Shown here: positions 16,072-22,999 of the stretch, in pieces
Position numbering within the stretch: position 1 is the stretch's first letter
How the letters are laid out: every line of letters begins with the position of its first letter
Assembly: GCA_964558645.1 (NCBI GenBank)
Contig: CAZLEV010000001.1
Span: forward strand, 6,469-29,467
Source of the DNA: an uncultured archaeon
GTDB taxonomy: Archaea; Asgardarchaeota; Thorarchaeia; Thorarchaeales; Thorarchaeaceae
DNA length: 22,999 nt
Direction of reading: 5' to 3'
The notes under the pieces: generated by a model
Database searches by the model: none
The model's input: the letters and a program-made list of their open reading frames with translations, nothing else
Told to the model about the DNA's origin: nothing
Position numbers and translations under genes: made by a program

Positions 16072-16434
16072 GAACTGCGGGAACTAATACGCACCACACT
16101 CTCTAGACGTTCGTTTCATACCCATCCGCACAGATTAGTTATATGAGCAAATGCTGCAATGGCAGCTTGGTTCGCTCAAGGTGAGAAACGAGTCGTACGT
16201 GGAGCTCTTCCGATTATCGAGTCGGATCGCAGCACCATCTGACACAGGTGCAGCAAGCACTATAAGTCGAAAAATCGAAGTAAACCCACATATATCGAAT
16301 GGGGTTCACTCGAATCATATTCTTATGTGTGCGACAGGCAAGTCGGACTCTGACCATAGACCTGAGTCTATTCGGAGAGATGGCTCACCAGACTCACTCG
16401 ACAATGGTTGCGACGTCACATGGAGGTCAAAAGA

Positions 16435-19400
16435 ATGAGGCGTTCACTGCTAGCAGTTACTCTAGTCATCATGATATTTGTCATACCCGCGCTGAATACT
16501 GGACAAATTGGTCCCGGTGCTTTCCATTCCCAAAATGACAACAGCAAAGATGGAACCAACAACGGTTTCGTCACCGCCGACGATTCCAGCTCTGGGACTG
16601 GCTCTGCACTTCCCGTGAGCATGACAGGCACGGCGACAAACAAGTATGATAACACCATGCAGATCGATTCCACGACTTCTGGTGAAACAAGCATCCAGAT
16701 ATCTGAAGGATGGACTGGCTCCGACCTCCAGGCCAGTGTTGACACCATGACGGTGACCATGAATGACCTTGTCCGAAACGGCAATCTGGATGAATATCAC
16801 AACGAGAAGTTTCTCACCGGAACTTCCGCAGCTAGCGGCGATGTAGCAGTACCAGACCAATGGCAGCTGACCAAAGTGGGTGATTCTGTTTCTACCCATC
16901 CAAATCAGGGCATATTCAAGTTCTCCGATGTATCTGGAGCAGGACTTTCCGGCACAATGGGTTGGCAGTTTGAGGCCTTTTGGGCAGGTGGGCAATCGCT
17001 TTCTTCAACAGATGAGATTTATATTTCTCAGAAGGTCCACTTTCCATATCGAGATTTGTCGTCGGCTGAGGTCAGTTTTTACTACAACGTATTGTCCAGT
17101 TCAGATTTGTATGATCAAGTGTTCCTCTTCGTCAGATTTGCAGGCTATTCACAAGAATTCCATGTCTTTGAGAGTGGAGATACCGTCGGGTCTTGGCTTC
17201 AAGCATCGGTGACTGTTCCTACCGATACGATAAACGGGATTAGTCTTCCGGATTCGCTCTTGCTGGAGATAGGATTGGCAACCGCCCTGAGTGGAACACA
17301 GAGCAATGCCCGGGAAGCATACGTTTACATCGACGATATTGTGGTGACTGCTGGTGTGAGGCCGTTCCCTGAGCAGATAGGTCTGAAGGCAAACGGTACT
17401 CAGGTCGTAGGGTGGAGCCCAAGCTCAGTCTATCCGTATGAACCTGACGCGAACGACCGTGACTGTTGGAGTTCATCCTCAGGACTAGACTTGAGTGGTA
17501 ATCCTTACGTTTCTGGTGAAGCCGATCCTACAGTGGGGGTATACGGATCTGGATGGAGCAGTGCCGCATCATCTCAGACAGGAATCCAATTCTTGCTAGA
17601 CATACCCCAAGGGGCGGTCATCACCCACGCATATCTAGAAGTCGAACCGTTGTCAGGAGCCACGAATGCTGATGTTGACATGCGGGTATATGTGTCTGGA
17701 TTTGACAGTGGTGGGGGTGCTGTATCGGCTTTCACTTCAGGCGGATTCCCTCTGCAAGACCGGTACGAGTGGATTGACACGAGCATCGACTGGAATATTG
17801 GAGCTGGCTGGTTATCGCCCGTCAGGATTCGCCATAGATCGCCTGATATAGCTCCGTTGTTGCAGGGAGTGATCTCAGACGCGAATTGGGCTCAGGCGAG
17901 TCATATCGTTGTGATGTTGGATCACATGCATTCTGCTAGCTATACTGACAGAGTGGGCATAAAGGGTGCTTACGGCACACGTTTCAGTGCTGACGAGTTG
18001 CCGCGGCTGTTTGTAGAATATAAGATACCTCTTGCTGAAGACACCGTCTACATGTTCGCCAATGAGAAGGACATCGTAATCAACCACACAAAGGTTGAAG
18101 GAGACCTCAACGATTTTCCAGTTCTGATAGAGTTGTACGACACAGATCTTCGCACTGATGTTCAGGCTGACGGAGACGATATAGCCTTCAAGATAGGTGA
18201 TACTGGTGTAGACTTCGAGATAGAGTTCTTCAATCAGACCCATAACTCCACCCACGCTCATCTAGTGGCTTGGGTCAAGGTGCCGTTTCTGTCTAGCACT
18301 ACGAACACAACAATAACGATGATGTACGGAAATCCTGATGCGCCGTCGACTAGTTCCAGTCATGTATGGGATTACTATGCAACAGTTCATCATATGAACG
18401 AAGACCCGAGTTACACGCTTTACGACAGCACCTCTAACAATTATCTGGGAACATCTTATGGTATTCAGGGGTCGGAAGACGCTGTGACCGGCCAGATTGA
18501 TGGAGCTATCAATTTTGATGATGAAGATCTGGATGTAATCAGCATAGGCCAGATATACACCGATGTTTGGACCGGGTTTACCATGAGTGCCTGGGTAAAA
18601 CAAGACGAGAGCAAGGACTGTCGGATCTTTTCAAAGTCAAGCACTACAACGCCAGCTGAGCACATCATGACTATGAGAATCAGTAACACAAATCCCACAT
18701 TCAGACTCAGAACAGATGGTGCAACTGGTTCTGGTGCCGATTATGCCTCCAATGGCAGTTTGACACTTGGTCAGTGGCACTATATCGTCTGGAGCTGGAG
18801 TGCTGCAGATGGTAGGATGTTGGCCTACCTGGATGGTAATCCAATCCTCGATGCGAGTCATGGCGGAGACACAATATATGATTCGGTTGAGATATTCGCG
18901 ATCGGGAACAACGATCTCACGAACTCCAGGTACTTTGACGGAGTGATAGATGAAATACGCCTCACAACTTCCGTGCGTTCAGAGAACTGGATCCTTACCG
19001 AGTACAACAACCAGTTGGACCCATCAAGTTTCTATAGCCTGGGAACAGAGGAAGTGCAGAGTGACACCTACTCAGAGGAGACTTCGCCCTCGCTTACCTT
19101 CACGACGACCTCTGACGAGCCTGTTGACATGGTTGTCGGAGCGGATATGCAGATTGAAGGGAGTGGTGAAACCCTTGATGAGAACCTAGCGGAGGGCACA
19201 AGCTACTTCGTGGCGAACGGCAGCGATTTTGTCAATTGGACGGCAAAAGTCTTGGTGTCGCCTCCGAACACGACGGCTGAGATCAATGTCTATGTAGATT
19301 ATCCCATGACGGAGTGGCGGCCAACTACGATTCTGGACCCGTTGAATCAGCTGAAGACCTATGGGACAGACTGGGCCTATGATGGAGGGACAATCATCAT

Positions 19401-22400
19401 CTACAACTCTGCTGTTGACATATTCGGTGTGTGGACTCTCAAGTTCATTAGCGCAAACTATCTGGAGGACCTCCAGCTGGGAATAAGCGGCGAACCGTTG
19501 TCGGACGCTGCGATTTTCAACGTTGATGATGTCATGAAGCTCAGAGCGACAACACCTTGGATAGAGGGCGCGAGAGTTGGTCTTGCCCTCACAGATCCGA
19601 GCGGAACAGTCTGGCACACTGACTATAACACTACAGGCGCTCCTAGTACGCCATGGCATATACCTTCTTTCCAATACAGGAAAACGGTAACCGTTTCTGC
19701 TTCAAATGTTGACTCGGATGTCACAGATTTCCCCTTTGCAGTTGACTTTACTGATACAGACCTCAAGAAGGTCCAGGAAGACGGGTCTGATATTGTGTTT
19801 GTTCAGAATGGAAAAGTGCTTGCGCATGAGATAGTCAGATTCACATGGTCTTCGGGAAGATTCATCGCATGGATTAAGGCAGACCTCTCAAGCAGTGTTG
19901 ACACTACGCTCTACATGTACTATGGAAACCCGTATGTAGGGTCTTGTGAGAACAGGACTGGTGTATGGTCCAATGGCTATGAGGCCGTGTGGCACCTGGA
20001 TGAAGCAACGGAAACAACAACCCACCGAGATTCAACATCCGGTGGCTACGATGGGCTACGAAATGGCAACACTCAAACATTTCCGAAGGTGAACGCCGCT
20101 CAGGAGTTTAACGGAACTGGGGCTTACATCTCGATACCTGCCAGCAGAGAACTAGACCCCGAAGGTGACGTCACAATATCTGGATGGTTCTATCTTGACT
20201 CTGCATTTGGCAATTCTTCATCAACTCAAGTCTTGATATCGAAGTACCTAGATGAGGACCGTGACATGGTGATTCTTCTGGCTGGTAGCGACTACGGTGG
20301 TGGAGGCGCTCCGGCAGGGAGTCTTGTGTGGAAAGTTGAGAGTCAGGCGAACTCCCCACGCTACAAGTGGACTACTGACACCTCATGGGCAATTGGATGG
20401 TATCATTTCTCTGTCTATCTCGACAGCGACAATATGGCAAACAACAAGATATTCATCAATGGTGTTGACAAGACCAATGCTTCGGACTCGGGTTCGGCTA
20501 CTTCTGGAAATATCGCCTGGAATGCAGAATGGCGCATGGGCGGAGGGTACTATGAACCACCAGCCGACTCGCTTGCATATCTAGATGGACGGCTTGACGA
20601 AGTCACGGTTTCGACTGCTTCTCGAACAACAGGCTGGATTTCGACGCAATACAAGAACCAGGACTCCGTCAATGGGTACGTATCGCGAGGCTCCGAAACT
20701 ACAAGGGTTTCTCCTGAACACACATTCACGAAGACCATCGATGCAACAGCCGCAGCCGGGATATGGACCGCAAGCGCCTACTATAACGACACAGGAACGG
20801 CAGTCAGCAACGCAACCGGCATTATGGAACGCAATTTCACTGTGAAACATAACACAACGCTGACTTTGATTGCACCCGGTGACGCAACAGGTGATGCCCT
20901 CTCTGTGCGGACCGTCGGTGACCTTCTGTACGTTGAAGTTGTACTCACTGATGATGCTAATTCGGACAATGTTTCAGGTGCCACAGTGACCATGAATTGG
21001 ACCGTTTCGGGCTCACCTACTGAAGTGAATCTCGAGGACTACGGGGACGGGCGGTACGGGAAGGCACTCAATACCACAGATCTGGGTGACATGGGCCGTT
21101 GGCGTATCAACATCGACTCCTACCATCCATTCTACAACAACGATACCATCTACTTCGACCTAGACCTATCCCACGATACAGATGTGACCTATCAGACTCC
21201 TCCCTCAACGCCCTATGGAGATGATTTCACGGTGATGATCTATGTCTATGACACATTCACTGCTAGTCCGGTCACTGGGGCCGCAATCACCTCGAACGGC
21301 ACGATAGTGGGGAGCCCAACAGACCACAATAACGGGTCGTACTCTGTTACACTTGAGTCAGAGGGGCTGAACGTCGGCGAGTATCTTCACCAGATTATTG
21401 CTACACCGTCGGAGACCTACCTGCTTGCGAGCAATGCGAATATCACTTTCACGCTGAGGAACATCTACACTGCAACGTATGCCATCGGCGGCAATTCAGT
21501 ATCCACCCCCTACAATGTCGACACGTCAGTAACAATCACGTACAATGATGTTGACCACTCTCTGGTCGGAATAGCGGGTGCCTCATGGGATATAACAAAA
21601 CCTGCAGGCATTACGGTAATCCTGACGGATCTGTCGGGTGGCGATTATGGAGTTGACATCACTGTCGGAACAACGGCGGTTGGCGAGTATAGCATTGATA
21701 TCACCATGTCGAAGGCAAACTACGAAGACAGTACCCTTCGACTGAAGCTCGCCATCACTCCACGCGAAACCTACATTGTTGTCAACATTGACAACCCGGT
21801 TGCGTGGGGTCACGATTCTGCCTTTGACGTTTCATGGTATGACGCAACAGATGGAAGTACTGACATAGGCGGAACTATCACCATTACCGATATCTCTGTA
21901 AATGGAACATCATATGGCTCCTCTCTCACATTCACGTACGACTCCAGTCCTCTGACAGTCGGTTTCTATGAGCTAAACGTATCCCTTGCATCAGGCAATG
22001 CCAGCTATCGGAGTTCGTGGACTTCCGTGACTCTCGAAGTACGTGCTCACCATACTACAGTTTCTGTTGAGTCTGGTCCCGTGACTCCCTGGGGATTCAA
22101 TAGTCCGGTGGAGGTAGTATTCTGGGATTCTGACGACAATGTTCAGGTACCAATCACGAATGTAACCACAAATGGTATCTCGTTCGATCCCGTTACGTAT
22201 GCTATCCAGCAGTTCACCACTTACTCAGTAACCCTGAACACGGCCGAATGGGACGTCAACACCTATACGGTGTCACTCACAGTGAGTTGCGTGGAAACAA
22301 ACAGGTACTATGACTCTGCCTCTTCTTCGTTTACTCTCATCATCAGAGCTCACCAAACCAGTGTATCGGTCGAATCGGGTCCTGTGACTCCGTGGGGGCA

Positions 22401-22999
22401 TGATTCTCCAATAACTGTGGTTTTCTGGGATATCGATTCAGATGCTCCGGTTCCAATAGTCAATGTGACCAGTATCACTTTCAACCCCTCCGGTTACGGT
22501 TCGCAGAGCTACGGCTCCTACTCACCTACCCTATTGACTTCGGATTGGGATGTCGGGACAGTGCCAACTTCAATCTCTGTGAGCTGTGCCGGCAGCAACA
22601 AATACTACGATGCTGCATCCTCCAGCTTCGATATCACAATCCGTGCGCATCATACTACTGTACGAGTTGAGGAATCGTCGGTCACACCTTGGGGTTTCAA
22701 CAGTCCTGTTGAGGTCGTCTTCTGGGATGTCGATGACAATGTGGCTGTTCCGATAGCAAATGTATCACAGATCGAGTTTGCGCCGACTGGTCATGGTACA
22801 CAGACCTTCGGCACGTATACTCCCACTATCGTGACTGACACTTGGGATGTTTCTATCGTTACCACAACTCTCACGGTGACTGCGGTCGAGACCAACAAGT
22901 TCTACGATGCTGCATCTAGCGCGTTTGATATCACCATTCGAGCACACTACACCTTCATCGAGGTGAACTACGACGAAACAGTACCGTGGGGTGAGACCT
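16435..22999 (+). CDS. 3'-truncated giant secreted/surface glycoprotein (>2,180 aa): signal peptide, CBM-like jelly roll, DNRLRE-like domain, 2x (DUF2341 + LamG), tandem Ig-like repeats
   Basis: Absent from the ORF track because there is no stop in the window. ATG 16435 follows GGAGG (16422-16426). I found no stop in frame +1 to the window end. MRRSLLAVTLVIMIFVIPA signal peptide; LDIPQGAVITHAYL...PRLFVEY (~17580-18020); DFPVLIELYDTDL...QADGDDIAF...AWVKVP...YGNP (~18060-18340); FTMSAWVK...WHYIV...FDGVIDEIR (~18570-18960); a second DUF2341+LamG unit ~19660-20700; many N-x-S/T sequons. Confidence 0.92.
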   Translation, partial: MRRSLLAVTLVIMIFVIPALNTGQIGPGAFHSQNDNSKDGTNNGFVTADDSSSGTGSALPVSMTGTATNKYDNTMQIDSTTSGETSIQISEGWTGSDLQASVDTMTVTMNDLVRNGNLDEYHNEKFLTGTSAASGDVAVPDQWQLTKVGDSVSTHPNQGIFKFSDVSGAGLSGTMGWQFEAFWAGGQSLSSTDEIYISQKVHFPYRDLSSAEVSFYYNVLSSSDLYDQVFLFVRFAGYSQEFHVFESGDTVGSWLQASVTVPTDTINGISLPDSLLLEIGLATALSGTQSNAREAYVYIDDIVVTAGVRPFPEQIGLKANGTQVVGWSPSSVYPYEPDANDRDCWSSSSGLDLSGNPYVSGEADPTVGVYGSGWSSAASSQTGIQFLLDIPQGAVITHAYLEVEPLSGATNADVDMRVYVSGFDSGGGAVSAFTSGGFPLQDRYEWIDTSIDWNIGAGWLSPVRIRHRSPDIAPLLQGVISDANWAQASHIVVMLDHMHSASYTDRVGIKGAYGTRFSADELPRLFVEYKIPLAEDTVYMFANEKDIVINHTKVEGDLNDFPVLIELYDTDLRTDVQADGDDIAFKIGDTGVDFEIEFFNQTHNSTHAHLVAWVKVPFLSSTTNTTITMMYGNPDAPSTSSSHVWDYYATVHHMNEDPSYTLYDSTSNNYLGTSYGIQGSEDAVTGQIDGAINFDDEDLDVISIGQIYTDVWTGFTMSAWVKQDESKDCRIFSKSSTTTPAEHIMTMRISNTNPTFRLRTDGATGSGADYASNGSLTLGQWHYIVWSWSAADGRMLAYLDGNPILDASHGGDTIYDSVEIFAIGNNDLTNSRYFDGVIDEIRLTTSVRSENWILTEYNNQLDPSSFYSLGTEEVQSDTYSEETSPSLTFTTTSDEPVDMVVGADMQIEGSGETLDENLAEGTSYFVANGSDFVNWTAKVLVSPPNTTAEINVYVDYPMTEWRPTTILDPLNQLKTYGTDWAYDGGTIIIYNSAVDIFGVWTLKFISANYLEDLQLGISGEPLSDAAIFNVDDVMKLRATTPWIEGARVGLALTDPSGTVWHTDYNTTGAPSTPWHIPSFQYRKTVTVSASNVDSDVTDFPFAVDFTDTDLKKVQEDGSDIVFVQNGKVLAHEIVRFTWSSGRFIAWIKADLSSSVDTTLYMYYGNPYVGSCENRTGVWSNGYEAVWHLDEATETTTHRDSTSGGYDGLRNGNTQTFPKVNAAQEFNGTGAYISIPASRELDPEGDVTISGWFYLDSAFGNSSSTQVLISKYLDEDRDMVILLAGSDYGGGGAPAGSLVWKVESQANSPRYKWTTDTSWAIGWYHFSVYLDSDNMANNKIFINGVDKTNASDSGSATSGNIAWNAEWRMGGGYYEPPADSLAYLDGRLDEVTVSTASRTTGWISTQYKNQDSVNGYVSRGSETTRVSPEHTFTKTIDATAAAGIWTASAYYNDTGTAVSNATGIMERNFTVKHNTTLTLIAPGDATGDALSVRTVGDLLYVEVVLTDDANSDNVSGATVTMNWTVSGSPTEVNLEDYGDGRYGKALNTTDLGDMGRWRINIDSYHPFYNNDTIYFDLDLSHDTDVTYQTPPSTPYGDDFTVMIYVYDTFTASPVTGAAITSNGTIVGSPTDHNNGSYSVTLESEGLNVGEYLHQIIATPSETYLLASNANITFTLRNIYTATYAIGGNSVSTPYNVDTSVTITYNDVDHSLVGIAGASWDITKPAGITVILTDLSGGDYGVDITVGTTAVGEYSIDITMSKANYEDSTLRLKLAITPRETYIVVNIDNPVAWGHDSAFDVSWYDATDGSTDIGGTITITDISVNGTSYGSSLTFTYDSSPLTVGFYELNVSLASGNASYRSSWTSVTLEVRAHHTTVSVESGPVTPWGFNSPVEVVFWDSDDNVQVPITNVTTNGISFDPVTYAIQQFTTYSVTLNTAEWDVNTYTVSLTVSCVETNRYYDSASSSFTLIIRAHQTSVSVESGPVTPWGHDSPITVVFWDIDSDAPVPIVNVTSITFNPSGYGSQSYGSYSPTLLTSDWDVGTVPTSISVSCAGSNKYYDAASSSFDITIRAHHTTVRVEESSVTPWGFNSPVEVVFWDVDDNVAVPIANVSQIEFAPTGHGTQTFGTYTPTIVTDTWDVSIVTTTLTVTAVETNKFYDAASSAFDITIRAHYTFIEVNYDETVPWGET
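22042..22999 (+). repeat. ~300-bp (99-101 aa) degenerate tandem Ig-like repeats within the surface protein
   Basis: RAH.T.V.VE...VTPWG..SP..VVFWD.D....VPI.NV...WDV...YD.ASS.F...I units begin at 22042, 22345, 22642 and 22939 (the last is partial). Confidence 0.9.

Noticed and set aside
16416-22947. Numerous small ORFs on both strands
   Set aside because: All overlap the single open frame of the giant surface protein.

Overview
Chromosomal window from an archaeon, most likely Asgardarchaeota (Thorarchaeia-like). That placement is inferred from several eukaryotic-signature-type proteins, an HMf-type histone, archaeal GluRS/ThiI and a giant DUF2341/LamG/Ig-repeat surface protein. Left to right: the 3' end of a KKEP-repeat protein with tandem (HhH)2 domains; a coiled-coil/Pro-rich/SHOCT-like protein; a translationally coupled pair (longin/uDENN-like + winged-helix protein, then a longin-Arf-like GTPase fusion); a divergent 766-aa protein ending in a clear ESCRT-II Vps22/Vps36 (EAP30) domain; a YdjM-type membrane metallohydrolase; a small 8-Cys protein with an acidic tail ending DDDWD; gltX; a basic hypothetical; hydantoinase/oxoprolinase A and B; thiI; a histone with Asn at the tetramerisation His; a DUF2334/NodB-like deacetylase; and a >2,180-aa secreted protein that runs off the window and is missing from the supplied ORF track. 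The best candidate for an undescribed system is the 643-6867 cluster, which places a GTPase switch, a GATOR1/DENN-like candidate regulator and an atypical long ESCRT-II subunit side by side. No tRNA, rRNA, CRISPR array or mobile element was recognised. Family assignments come from motif recognition by eye, not from database searches.
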